NCBI GenBank assembly: GCA_964016885.1
Contig: OZ024743.1
Coordinates: 241,366,001 to 241,430,000 of the forward strand
Direction: 5' to 3'
Source: Eledone cirrhosa
Lineage: Eukaryota
DNA: 64,000 nt
Both the position numbers and the translations under genes were made by a program. Shown piece by piece: positions 13,537 through 26,130 of this stretch (the stretch's first letter is position 1; each line of letters starts with the position of its first letter). Below the pieces are notes generated by a model. It had not been told where the DNA came from and made no database searches. It saw only the letters and a list, made by a program, of their open reading frames with translations.

Positions 13537-14382
13537 CTAGCAGTGGTGCACGGGATAAGGTAATTTGGAACGCGGGCAGCCAACAGACCTAATCGTGGAA
13601 AAACTGCATTCCTGGACAATATGTAAAGAAAGTAAACCGAATACTCTGATGGCTGGATAATCTTCAAGATGTCCTCGATGAAACAGGAAAAATTCAGGTT
13701 TTCATCTAATGCGGGCCCAAGGCCATAAAAAAGTTGGATTTTCTTTGCTCACGGTATGAAGAAGACACTGACTAATACATAGTTACAATTTCAAGGAAAT
13801 CGGTCTGACGGAACGCCTGAAAAAAACCCTAAACACCTGAAAAAACGCAGTTTTTCCCCTAATGCGGGCCCTAGCGGATCAAAAATTTGAATTTTTTAAT
13901 CTGCCTAACACTCCCTGAAACATAAGTAATACACATGTAAAGTTTGAAAACTATCGGTTGGGTACTTCTCAAGTTTTAGGGATTCAAACTCACAGACACA
14001 CACACACAGACAGACATCCTCAGGGAAGTGACGTAATGCAGACAACCAGATATACAGACATATTATAAGGGCGCGTTCTGGACGCAAAGGGAATTGTAGG
14101 AAGTGACGTAATGCAGACAGCCAGACATACTGACAGATATTATAAGGGCGCGACGTTATATGTATATATCTATCTAAAAAGAGAAAGACTAAGAATTATA
14201 GAGAGAGATCTCTAAATCGCCTAATGCGGTCCCTAGGGCATTGAACATTTGAATTTCTTTTGCTCAGAACACTTCCTGAAAGAGGAGTGTAAAGTCTTAA
14301 AACAGTCGGTTCGGTCCTTCTCGAGTTTTAGGGATTCAAATCCACACACACAGACAGACAGACATCCTCAGTTTTATATAGA
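13537..14382 (-). mobile_element. Non-autonomous Helitron
   Basis: Minus strand starts TCTATATAAAA and ends CTAG. It has internal subrepeats (ctaatgcgggccc-like x3; ggaagtgacgtaatgcagac x2), and its 3' hairpin is partly deleted. Confidence 0.75.
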
Positions 14383-14384
14383 TA

Positions 14385-14480
14385 CTAGCAGTGGTACCCG
14401 GCGTTGCACGGGATAAGGTATTTTGGAACGCGGGCCACCAACAGACCTAATCGTTGAAAAACTGTATGCCTGGACAATAT
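14385..14480 (-). mobile_element. Helitron 3' end, tandem second copy
   Basis: Minus strand cccgtgcaacgccggg hairpin followed by taccactgCTAG; near-identical to 13537-13620. Confidence 0.75.
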
Positions 14481-14555
14481 TTACTTACATGTATATCACC
14501 AGCTGTTGTCAAAAGCTTTTGACAACAGCTGGTGATATACATGTAAGTAAATATT
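14476..14555. repeat. Perfect 80-bp palindrome with no loop
   Basis: aatatttacttacatgtatatcaccagctgttgtcaaaag|cttttgacaacagctggtgatatacatgtaagtaaatatt. Confidence 0.97.
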
Positions 14556-14861
14556 TTCCTTATCTGATATTTTGTAATTAACCTTACATAGATCAATAAC
14601 GAAGTATGGTTACGATGTATTTACATCAACTAAAAACGATCGTAAAGCAGTGAAATATATTTCTAATGACTTGAATTTTTATTTCATTGTTTTAACTTAT
14701 ATCATGACTCTGTTTTCCTTTTAATGTTTTATTGTTTTATTGTTTTCCGGGATTTATTTTAACCTACAACATTTTCAACATATGGATTACATTGAGTTCT
14801 TCATGCAGACTAGACCCCACAACTTACCGTGGATATCTCTGTGTATATATATATATATATA

Positions 14862-15066
14862 TAGGAACGAGTAGGACCCCGACGGCTGAGCTCAAGCCGT
14901 TTCGACAGCTAATTCTGGACTGAATTGTCCAGAATTAGCCATCGAAACGGCTTGAGCTCAGCCCCGTCGGGGTCCTACTTGTTCCTATTACCCACTCTAC
15001 TACCCTAAGTATTGAGTACTTTGGTGCGTTATGGTCCACCTGGTTCCTTACCACATTTCCTCCGTT
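14862..15066 (+). mobile_element. Fold-back mini-element, family A copy 1 (PLE-tail-like, in (TA)n)
   Basis: ~59-bp inverted arms (14862-14920 / 14927-14988) plus a ~80-bp tail containing TATTGAGTAC. (TA)n on both sides; highly similar to 18492-18685 and 49361-49558. Confidence 0.85.
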
Positions 15067-15127
15067 ATATATATATATGTATATATGTCGAAACGGCATG
15101 ATCTGTGCCGTCGGGGTCATATATTTT

Positions 15128-15189
<62 letters not shown>

Positions 15190-15193
<4 letters not shown>

Positions 15194-16300
15194 GTATACG
15201 ATTATCCAAGATGTAGTGATGGTTAATTACTACACTGGATATGGTTGACGTACGGTAAGAGGTTACTCTACGAGTTATGGAGGAATTGTTCAAGAAACTT
15301 AGTTCCTGATCCTTCAGTATTCCGGAGTGTATATAAAGAATGAATAATAACAGGTAGACATCATAAAAAGGTAGTTTATTCCGTGTGCTTACAAGTGTTT
15401 CCACGGTGGTACTGCAGCCTAGTTCCGCTACGTGCAAATTCACAAGTATTTGCAGAACTCGAATATCCAATGCTGTGACCACTGTTTCCTCAGAGCAGAA
15501 TGGTAAATATACAATGTAAAAACCCTTAAGTGGGGTTGTTGGGGAAGATAGAGTGGGACAGGAAGAGAGAAAAGTAGGGAAGAAGTAGAGAGAAGGAAAG
15601 ATATGCAGGGGTTGGAGAAGTAGGAGAGAGTGGCTTGTAGATATCTTAATCAAAATGTTATGGTAGGGGTTTTATTAGTTACTTTTGGAGAGATGCGTAG
15701 ATAGTTGAGGTCGGAATTATTTATTGCCCCAGAGGGCAGGTTCATAAATGTTGAGAGGGAGGTAGGTCAAAGGTGAGAGAGAGAGAGTGTGTAATGGATG
15801 TAGAGAGAGATATATAGGTAGAGAGGGGACAGATAAATATGTGTGGTGAGTGAACTTTTGGTATTGTAGTAGTATTCTAGGAGTTGTACTGAGTTACCAT
15901 GTATAGTGATAAGCAGTGTATTGTCTTGTAGTGTGGGGGGAAGAGAAGGTTGTTAGCTAGAAAGTGGTGTTGTAGTTACGGGTTCGAATGTTAAGTTATT
16001 TTATAGTGAGAGAATTTAGCCTTTAGTTTGTGGTTGCAGTATAATGATCGTTCAATTCTATCGTTAAGTAGTTTGTTTTTGGATTTTAGTATGTAAAATA
16101 GCTCAAGGTTACATAACCTGCAGTACTTCAAACCACTCCGATATGCATTTGCGCTGGAAAGTATATCCCATTTTAAGGTGAACTGTTGGTTGTGTTCACG
16201 GAGTTGCCAGGTCTTGTTGGCGAGCGTGGTCACAAAACGGTGATTCTGATGTTTGATTGAGAATCGATGACGGTGCCAGCGAGATTTAAAGATGTCTACC
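15190..16300 (-). mobile_element. 5'-truncated PLE: end of GIY-YIG endonuclease plus pLTR
   Basis: FKSRWHRHRFS...TTLANKTWQL...LKWDIL...Y...CRLCNLEL...LLNDRIE...CNH, homologous to the ENs at 47.7-48.0 kb and 57.7-58.1 kb. HHR in the tail; (TA)n flanks. Confidence 0.85.
15387..15496 (-). ncRNA. Type I hammerhead-ribozyme-like motif with long stem II insertion
   Basis: GCU-CUGAGGA-A-ACAGUGGU...ACCACCGU-G-GAAAC-ACUU-GUA-AGC: core boxes, stem II, a short stem III, GUA cleavage triplet and a GCU/AGC stem I. Confidence 0.75.
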
Positions 16301-16317
16301 TGTTATTATTCATTCTT

Positions 16318-16360
<43 letters not shown>

Positions 16361-16363
<3 letters not shown>

Positions 16364-16900
16364 TTATTCCGGGTACAATCGGGGTTAACCACAGTAAGTA
16401 AGGTACTCAATACATAGCAGAGTATAAATGTTTTAATATAGAAAAGCTTCTACAGGACTACAACTGTCTCCTTCGTGAGAAATCATCAGGAAACTGACTG
16501 TCCAAGTAAATGTGGTGGTATTTATATCTTATCTGGTGGTAGGAGAGGGTGGGGATTGGGATGGCTGGAGGTCATTGGTTGATGGATTTAAAGAAAAGGT
16601 AGTTCATTAAAAGCTAATTCTTTAAAGCTATAATTTATATTAACAAAGGCAGAAAGAATACTGTAAACAGGTTCAAATTGGAATACCAATCCTTGTTTAT
16701 CTCTTAAACTAACAATGCTTGTAAGTCAGGGGTCTACAGGATGCGTGGGGTTCATTGGTTTAAAGAAAAGAGAAATTCTTTAGAAGCTGATCCTTTAAGG
16801 CTGAAGAAATAAGGGTGACAAAGGCAGAAAGGGTTCTATAAACAGGTTCAACTGTTGGGGTGCTTCCCCTTATTGTCAAGTTTCTCTTAATTTATATTCC
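16361..16900 (-). mobile_element. PLE pLTR/tail fragment with degenerate HHR
   Basis: Minus strand CUGAUGA-UUUC-UCAC-GAAG-GAGAC-AGUU-GUA (16455-16490). TATTGAGTAC at 16403-16412; internal ~110-bp direct repeat; related to 50490-50600. Confidence 0.65.
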
Positions 16901-17083
16901 AGGTGTCAACAAGCACATTCACACGCGCGCCAACTTACACACGTACACACACACGCACACACAGGCAGGCACACACAGGAAGGCACACACACAACAAACA
17001 TACATATAAATACATGCACACATACATATATACATATATATATGTAGATAAATATACCAAAATAAACGGTAGTGTCCAATCCG

Positions 17084-17121
<38 letters not shown>

Positions 17122-17122
<1 letters not shown>

Positions 17123-17544
17123 TAGTGGTACAACACTGGAAGGTAATATCTGTAGTGGTAGAGCACTAAGTCCATGGGACGAATTAGGCAGAAGTGGTTA
17201 CACAACAGTTAGTTAACTATACCGAGAACAATTGTTTCACCTTAGCGGATCCTCAGTTCGTCATGTATAAATCCATACTGACGTTGATGAGACACAAAAT
17301 TGTGTAGGACCCGAGGATATAGAGAGCGCTCTCAGGGTAGTAAGCCAAACTCTCACGTGGTGAAGAATCTGCTAAAAACCAAACTTCTACGTAGTGAAGA
17401 GAATCTGCTGACCGTTGCTGGAGACGTATATAGTGGTAGAACACTGGAAGGTAATATCCGTAGTGGTAGAGCACTCAGTCCATAAGGATCCGCTAAGGTG
17501 AAACAATTGTTCTCGGTATGGTGAACTAACAATTGTGTAACCAC

Positions 17545-17548
<4 letters not shown>
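17122..17548 (-). mobile_element. PLE-type pLTR structure with both direct and inverted repeats and an HHR-like motif
   Basis: Direct repeat 17122-17175 / 17430-17483; inverted repeat 17189-17253 / 17485-17548. Minus strand CUGAGGA-UCCGCUAAGGU-GAAAC-AAUU-GUU at 17223-17260; (TA)n flanks. Confidence 0.75.
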
Positions 17549-17611
<63 letters not shown>

Positions 17612-17623
17612 TATATACACACA

Positions 17624-17670
<47 letters not shown>

Positions 17671-17671
<1 letters not shown>

Positions 17672-18320
17672 AAGAAAATTTCGTTTTACATGACTGAATA
17701 CAATAAGTGTAATCTGAGTTTTTCAAATATTAATAATAACATTCCATTCGTTTGCAATTATGCAAACAAGACTCAATTGTGTTTCATTCTACTGACATGG
17801 GTATACATTTGAGGCGTGTTTGCATAATTGCAAACGAAACGAATGTTGCTATTAATATTCGAAAAACTATATATATATATATATATATACATTTATTGTA
17901 TTCAACCATGTAGAGCGAAATTTTCTTTTTTTAATTCAATTTAGGAAAGCCCACCATTTATCGCTCGTATACAGGAAACTGACTGGCCGGTCTGCTGATA
18001 TGCAAATCTGGCTGATCAGTGGATCTGCCAATATGCAGATCTGACTGATCAGCCAGTCTGCTAATATGCAAATCAGGCCGATCAGTCACCGTGTATTTTT
18101 GAAAATAGCATATATTTTCACTAGCTCTGATAGTTTGGCAGGTGAACAGTGAGCTGTACTGGTGAAGGGTGATACCCAGAAACATTAGTGTCTGCAGTTC
18201 TGTTCGCATGCCAGCATAAGAGCAAGAATGAAGTGTTCATTCTACTGACATGGCTATAAAATTGAGGCTTGTTTGCATAATTGCAAACGAATCGAATGTT
18301 ATTATTAATATTCGAAAAAC
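17671..18320. repeat. Fold-back element (17671-17929) with a direct partial copy (18232-18320) and an internal 33-bp minisatellite (~17980-18087)
   Basis: aaagaaaatttcg...tgcaattatgcaaac is mirrored by gtttgcataattgca...cgaaattttcttt. The ttcattctactgacatgg...cgaaaaac block is repeated, and tctgc..atatgca.atc occurs three times. Confidence 0.75.
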
Positions 18321-18450
18321 TATATATATATATATATATACACATACACACACACGCACATATATATATATATATATACACATACACGTACATACATACA
18401 TATAAATACGTACATATACATATACGTATGTATATGTATGTATGTGTATG

Positions 18451-18491
<41 letters not shown>

Positions 18492-18493
<2 letters not shown>

Positions 18494-18681
18494 CGAAGGA
18501 AATGTGGTAAGGAACCAGGTGGACCATAACGCACCAAAGTACTCAATACTTAGGGTAGTAGAGTGGGTAATAGGAACAAGTAAGACCCCGACAGCTGAGC
18601 TCAAGCCGTTTCGACGGCTAATTCTGTACTGAAATTAGCCGTCGAAACGCCTTGAGCTCAGCCGTCGGGGTCTTACTTGTT

Positions 18682-18685
<4 letters not shown>
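18492..18685 (-). mobile_element. Fold-back mini-element, family A copy 2
   Basis: Reverse-orientation homologue of 14862-15066; hairpin 18570-18685; (TA)n flanks. Confidence 0.85.
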
Positions 18686-18733
<48 letters not shown>

Positions 18734-18769
18734 TGTGTATGTGTATATTTATAAATATATATATATATA

Positions 18770-19175
18770 CTAGCAGAGGTACCCGGCGTTGCTCGGGTAT
18801 TAAATAGCAGTTGTGTATACCATTTCTGTCAATACTTCAGTGCTGCTTCGAAAACTATACTTTTACAAAATCATCGGCTTTTACCAAAAGGGGGTTCCTG
18901 CCTCCCAGGGGTCCCCTCAATATGTGCCAATTCTGATAGTTCACATTCATCCGCAGGACAAACGTAGACCATGTGTCAAGTTTTGTGACAATCGGTTGCG
19001 AACTCCAGAAGTTATGACGTTTTGTTGCATTGCACTGCAGTGCTTGAGTCGTCTCCAAGAAAGTGGTTAAAGGGGTTTATTTACCGGGAGGCCCTATAAT
19101 CAATATCTGGAGTAATCAACATCCGGAGTACATAAGTAACCTATGTCTTAAGTTTGGTGAAAATACTGTAGAAAT
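18770..19175 (-). mobile_element. Helitron 3' fragment
   Basis: ctagcagaggtacccggcgttgctcggg is the reverse complement of a hairpin plus CTAG end like 14385. Internal aagttttgtgacaatcgg / aagtttggtgaaaat motifs. Confidence 0.65.
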
Positions 19176-19196
19176 GCATAAGGTTTATACATACGT

Positions 19197-19228
<32 letters not shown>

Positions 19229-19935
19229 TTGTGCGTGTGTATGTATTCATGTGTGCGTATGTATGTGTATGTCCCTCGAGGCATACGTATGTATGCCTAA
19301 ATCTTCACTATTTACCTTTACTATTTTAATAACGTCTGTTATTTTCGTTTTCAATTTTATTTACATCATTCTTAAACTCCGGGGCTAGAAATCATTCTGT
19401 TATTTTAAATAGAATATTAGTCTAACGACTCCATTTATACCATAAACTTGGTCTTGTTTTTGCATGAAATTGTTCTTCACGGTCCACATAACGACGTATT
19501 ATCCTCGCTTTTTTCCGTTCATTGCCCATGTACGTCTTCACGAACCAAAATATCGTCTTCCTGTTTTCCTTCGGTCGCAACGTTTCTCAAAATATTTACT
19601 TCTGCGTTCACAGATTACTCTCAGTTCAATTTTAATGGGAAATTCCTGTTTCATCGATTTTCTCCGTAACCATGGAAGCTTGTAACTTGAAAGTCGACCC
19701 AACGCCTCCTCAGGTCATTCTGAATGACTGTGTAAATATTCGCTGCATGCCACCAAGCCATTTCGACGTTTATCCGACTAGACATACACATACAACGTCC
19801 GACCACTTCCAATTTATATAGTAGATATATATATACATATGTGTGTGTGTATATATGTATATTTGTGTGTGTATATTTATATTTGTGTATCTGTCTATGT
19901 GTACGCATGTATATGTATGTATATACGTGTATGAG

Positions 19936-20012
<77 letters not shown>

Positions 20013-20189
20013 ACACATATACACACATATGCAAGTATAGAAATGAAGTACGCTCTACATGCGGAAAAAGCAGATATGTAAGAAGTACTTAGATAACAAT
20101 AGTGCTGTGTTTCGGGTCGAGAGGGAGTAGGGGTAGTGTGGGGAGGAGGTGGAGTGGGTATCATTTCAGAATTTTTATATGGTCCAAAA

Positions 20190-21195
20190 ATGGCACTGCA
20201 AATGACCCTCGCTCGTGAATAGCAACTTACATTATTGTTGTATGATTACAAGTCCGGCCTAATCGCTGACCAGTCGCAACGTCGTATCCAGGCGTTGTTA
20301 GAACACACAATTGATCGAGGCACGAACTACGATTGGTTCAAGAATTGAGCCGTGACCAACTCGATATTGAAGATCAGCCAAGAAGGCGTCGAGCCTCACG
20401 CATTTACAATGCGTATCTGTGCCCCTGTGTCAAGGCTACCTACACTTGATAACACGTGAACAGGCTGAGAAGTTTGCCATCGCCCATGCAGCCATTTTCC
20501 ATCACTTGGAGGAAATTGGTAAAGTTAGCAAATTGGACGTATGGGTCCCACGTAAACTGACCGACTTTGATTGTCGGCGTTGGATTGACTCCTGGACGGT
20601 ACTACTGTCCGAGAAGCGCCGTCTTAATTGGCTGAACAAGGTAGTTACTGCTGATGAAAAATGGTGTCTGTACTCGAATGTGATCCGTAAAAGAAGCTGG
20701 AAAGACAAAGGTGCAACTGCACAGCCTGAGGCAAAGCCTGACATGCATCGAATGAAGCTTATGGTGTGTGTCTCGTGGAATGTGAAGAGAAACGCTGGAA
20801 CGCAACAAGTCCATCAAGGCTCAAATGTACTGTCAAACACTGCAATGTGTGGCTGACACAATTTCACATAAAACGCACAGAATAGACTGATGTTATGTTC
20901 CTTCATGATAAAACCCGACCTCACGTTGTAAAGCTTAACCGTGAACATTTTCTGAAGCTGAATTGGGAAGTTCTCCCTCACCCATTGTACTCGCTCAACC
21001 TGGCGCCAACACTATACCATCTATTCCGACCACTGAAGAACATCTTGAACCTTAAATCGTTTGCAACTTATGATGACCTGGAAACTGCAGTTGGTGGATT
21101 CTTCGATAGCAAGCCGGCTGAATTTATCAAGCGTATTCATTAAGTACCCTAACGTTGGAAGCAGGTGAAGGAAAATAATGGGCATTATACTGTTT
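20190..21195 (+). pseudogene. Mariner (Tc1/mariner) transposase, frameshifted
   Basis: WVPRKLT, VTADEKW, FLHDKTRPH (HDNARPH), and PHPLYSLNLAPTLYHLF (YSPDLAPSDY). No TIRs recognised. Confidence 0.92.
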
Positions 21196-22013
21196 GATAT
21201 GTGCATTTTATTGCATTGTGTATTTGTATATCGTTATTAATTGGTTTGTATTCAGCTCGTTCAGTATTTCATTAAACACTTCTGCTAGCATCTATGAATC
21301 CGTGTTACATATCTCAACATTCTGTTACCATCCAGCTCTTTGTTGTTATATTATCTGGTCTTTTAGAAGATTTTTTACAGTTTCTTCACTACTTCTCCTG
21401 ATGTTATTTTATCAAATGCTTGTTTAGTTATTTGTTCGTCGCTTTTAACAATCTGATGATTCTTACATTTCCCATACTTCTCCTCAAAATGTTTGTACTA
21501 TTGTCACAGAAGGATATACAACTTCGATACCACTTAACCACCAGAAATTAGGATATCCTACGTATCTAACTGTCAAGTATCTCACAGAATTCCTAGGATA
21601 TAAATAGTACTTAGTTATATTACACAAACAGTTAAGAGTTAAAATATAAATTGTCTGCGAGTACATATATATATATGGAAAAGAAACAAACAATCAAATC
21701 TTAATACCTCCCAAGCCACTTTTTTCACATAAAACAAGAAGAATTTCCAAAACTGATCAGATTAGAGGAAAAATCACGAGCACTCTATTTCAAAATTATT
21801 TTTGAAAAGCTTTAGAAATGCGCAACCGGTAAAAACTTAAAACTAAAACTGAATACTAATACTTATTACTAATTTATACTTATTCCTAATTAAACTATTT
21901 TTCATTGGGAAAAAAATGTTCTCTTCCTTTTTACTAATATATCACAACTTGTGTGTCACACCTCTATTTAAAAAAAAAAAAAATATATATATATATGTAT
22001 ATAAAATATATAA

Positions 22014-22049
<36 letters not shown>

Positions 22050-22296
22050 TGGACTCTCCCGTCGATTCGACGTATGAGGGTTCAACAGTCTTTTCAGTTC
22101 ATTGTTTTATGTTTATGCCTCAAATGGCACTTTAATCCAGCTGCTGATTGGTGCGTTTGGTGCAGATAACAGGATCTTGAACAGACCAGGCTGGAATGCC
22201 TGACCGGACTCTGATGTCAGATCTTATCTCACAGAGGTGGGCTAAACGAGATTTTTCAAAGTTCTTTATACCTTTGTAGACGGTTGAAATATAGAG

Positions 22297-22381
<85 letters not shown>

Positions 22382-22769
22382 AAGAATGGAGGGATTATGC
22401 GCAGAGATGCTATAAAAAAGCTTACAAAATAGGTAAAGATCCTAAAAGACGGAACAAGAAGTTGCCATCGGCTGTTATGAGGAATCGCAACTCATTTCTC
22501 CCAGATACCGGGACAACACTTAACGTCAGAAATTAGATAGCAGCTTTTAAATGTCAACTAAGATTCAGGCTTTTACGAAGCGCTGAGGGAATAATATTAA
22601 TATAAGGAATGGATTGTTCATGCACAGAGATATTATAAAATAGATTATAATATCTCTCTCTTTAATGCAATCGGTAAAGCAAACTTGCCACATATGTCAG
22701 ATGTATAATTGAACTCCTTTGAGAAGATCTGTACTCCTCTTACTCTTTCTGAGGTGGGCTTTTAAACAT

Positions 22770-22771
<2 letters not shown>

Positions 22772-22856
<85 letters not shown>

Positions 22857-22859
22857 GCA

Positions 22860-22952
<93 letters not shown>

Positions 22953-23129
22953 GTACATATATATGTATATATATGTATATATATATATATATGTATATAT
23001 ATGTATATATATATATATATATATATAAACATAAATATATATATATGTATACATATAGACATATACATATATATATATATATATATACAGAGAGGGAGAG
23101 AGAGAGAGAGAGGGGGGGGGGGAGAGAGA

Positions 23130-23197
<68 letters not shown>
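22772..23197. repeat. Long (TA)n/(GA)n microsatellite
   Basis: Directly visible. Confidence 0.97.
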
Positions 23198-23204
<7 letters not shown>

Positions 23205-23895
23205 TGGCTAGGCACCGTGACAACTACAACACACTTAAAAGTATTGTTCTTTTGAAGAAGGAGAGACGCAACTCAGCTCAGAGTTATTGATTATTTATTA
23301 TATTAAGAAAATATAGAGGTAAACACAAGGAGAAGAAGAAAAAATAGGAAAGAAAATAACACAAAGGGATATTTGAACTGTTCTGAAGTGACTCGGAAAA
23401 AAAGAACAAATTCTACTCACTCGACCAAATAAAATGTTAAAGAAATTGCACAATCTTCTATCTCATAGCGAATCGACTCACTTTAGTTTTGGTCTCACTC
23501 GGCAGCACAACTGTTTTAAGTCCACTAAACAGCAGTATAGAGAGTTGATATTAATAATTGAATCACGAGTTGTCTCCAGAAATATTGATGGAAATTAGTT
23601 AAAGGAGAAAAGACTTTGCTTGCTCATTTGCTGTTGCTTTGTCAATATTAGTAAAATGCACATTGAAAGTCGAACAACTTTACTGCTAACTTATTGGTTA
23701 TAGATGTGATACGGACAACACTCACTTGCACACATTCACCGACATGCATTCATACATACATATATATATATACATGCATACATACATACATACATACATA
23801 CATACATACATACATACATACAGGCATAGGGAGAGTCATTGTCAACAAACATGGATACTACAGACAGGCAAACATTATCATCTCATATATATATG

Positions 23896-23992
<97 letters not shown>

Positions 23993-24117
23993 CACAGAGA
24001 ACATTTAATATACACGCACGTATCTGGATTGACATAAGCGAAATAAACCACCAAACTGTGGATATGAAGACAACTTGACCGTTTTCTTTCATGATGATGA
24101 GGTGCTGCTGCTGCTGT

Positions 24118-24170
<53 letters not shown>

Positions 24171-24264
24171 TTACTACCAATAATAATAATAATAATAATC
24201 ATAATAATAATAATAATAATAATAATAATTAGGCACTTCGTCAGCAATTCAGTGATTGTTATTA

Positions 24265-24355
24265 TGATTAACTTTACCTTTCATCCTTACGGGGTCGATA
24301 AAATAAAGTACCAGTGTGTAATTGCTGGCCTTGTGCCAAACGTAGAAACAATTGT
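24265..24355 (+). mobile_element. SINE fragment (ggggtcgataaaataaagtaccag family)
   Basis: cctttcatccttacggggtcgataaaataaagtaccag...ggccttgtgcc...agaaacaatt. Confidence 0.8.
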
Positions 24356-24444
24356 CTAAACTATAATAAAGGAAGGCCTGCGGGACTTCGTACGGTTTAT
24401 TTTTTTTATCCCGTTCGTAAAATAAGTTGGATTACTTTCAATAA

Positions 24445-24560
24445 ATAATTGTTTCTTCTTTTGGCACAAGGCCATAAATTACGCAGTACATTACTGGTAC
24501 TTTATTTTATTGACCCCGTAAGGATGAAAGGCAAAGTTGACCCTCTACCGATACTGCCAA
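24445..24560 (-). mobile_element. SINE fragment, same family, inverted
   Basis: ctggtactttattttattgaccccgtaaggatgaaaggcaaagttgac. Confidence 0.8.
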
Positions 24561-24845
24561 ATTACATAATTTATCCTCTAAATTTCGTAAACAAAAATAA
24601 TTTCGTACAAATAAATAATTTAAAATTGAATTCTTTTCAAAGTTGCACTTCCGGTATATCATTGCCACAACCATTTCAACTACCATATATAGAAAGAGAG
24701 AGTGTGTGACGTCAACACTTCCGGTGGCGATTTTATTTGATGTATCATATCTACATGCATATATACATGCGTATAATATCAATATTCACACTACACATGC
24801 TAGTAGAAAACCACCCTTAGATTAGTTTTTCTGCTACTTATAATG

Positions 24846-24895
<50 letters not shown>

Positions 24896-24914
24896 TATTA
24901 TTATTATTATTATT

Positions 24915-25095
24915 ATTGACAGTATCGGTAGAGCGTTGGACGCCATACTTTGCAGCATAGAGTTACGTCCCTTTACGACCAGAGTTCAAATCCTGCCGAA
25001 GTTAACTTTCCCTTTCATCCTTACTGGATCGATAAAATAAAGTACCAGTAATCTACTGGGATAATTACTGGTTTTGTGCCAAGAGTAGAAACAAT
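24915..25095 (+). mobile_element. tRNA-derived SINE, same family
   Basis: Head gacagtatcggtagagcg, B-box-like gagttcaaatcc, shared core and tail. Confidence 0.8.
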
Positions 25096-25516
25096 TTTAA
25101 TATTATTATTATTATAATAAAGCAATAGACGAAAATGAAAGTGAAAGTAGAGAAATGTGAGAGACAGAATCAATAATGTGTTGCAACATAGAGCAGGTTT
25201 TCTTTGGTTAGAACACTTTCAATCTAACATTGATTGGATGATACCAACTCCATTTTGTTAATCATCGATAGTATTGTCTTTTACATGTTACACATTGTTT
25301 TTCTTTCTTCAGCTGAGACGGCAAGAAAAACAAATGAAAGAAATATTGCCAAGTTTCATTTAGGCTCATATTGTGTCTATCAGATTTATATTAGAAAAAA
25401 AGATGAGGAGTTTTGTGGTAATATCTTTCCTGAATTACTAGTAACATTAACTGGGACAGACAATATGATAACAGCAATAACACTATCAACGAAATCGGTA
25501 CTAACGCATTTTCCGC

Positions 25517-25570
<54 letters not shown>

Positions 25571-25712
25571 GCTGCCTCACAAAAATGTATACGTACTTCA
25601 ATAGCATTCTAATAAATATATGTATACATTTTGGGGACACCTTGTATATATGTAGATGTGTATATCTATATCTTTCTCACTCTTTCTCTCTCTCTCACTC
25701 TCTCTCTCTCCC

Positions 25713-25813
<101 letters not shown>

Positions 25814-25819
25814 ACATAT

Positions 25820-25998
25820 ATGAATCAGGATGGATTCAGTTTGAGACTGGTTAGACTATTATTCAACAGAGTACGCGGTACTTGGGGTAGCAGAGTATGG
25901 TTGTATTATAAAGAGTCAGGGCTCACCGGCTGAGCTCTTGCTGTCTCATAGCTGTTGAAACGGCAAAAGCTCAGCGGTCGGGATCCGACTCTTTATGA
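25820..25998 (-). mobile_element. Diverged relative of the family A fold-back element
   Basis: Imperfect hairpin 25905-25998 with loop tagctgt directly before tgaaacggcaaaagctcagcggtcggg (compare family A gaaacggcttgagctcagccgtcgggg). (TA)n flanks. Confidence 0.65.
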
Positions 25999-26036
25999 TA
26001 TATATATGTATATATATACATATATATATATATATG

Positions 26037-26130
<94 letters not shown>

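Noticed and set aside
17980-18087. 33-bp periodic repeat as a CRISPR-like array
   Set aside because: Contiguous degenerate tandem units without unique spacers, eukaryotic context, and no cas genes.
19400-19815. Unique-looking sequence as a host exon (also 31870-32460)
   Set aside because: Stops in all frames examined and no recognisable motif.
22697-23290. YI/IY/VC/HT-repeat ORFs here and throughout the window
   Set aside because: Dinucleotide microsatellite artefacts.
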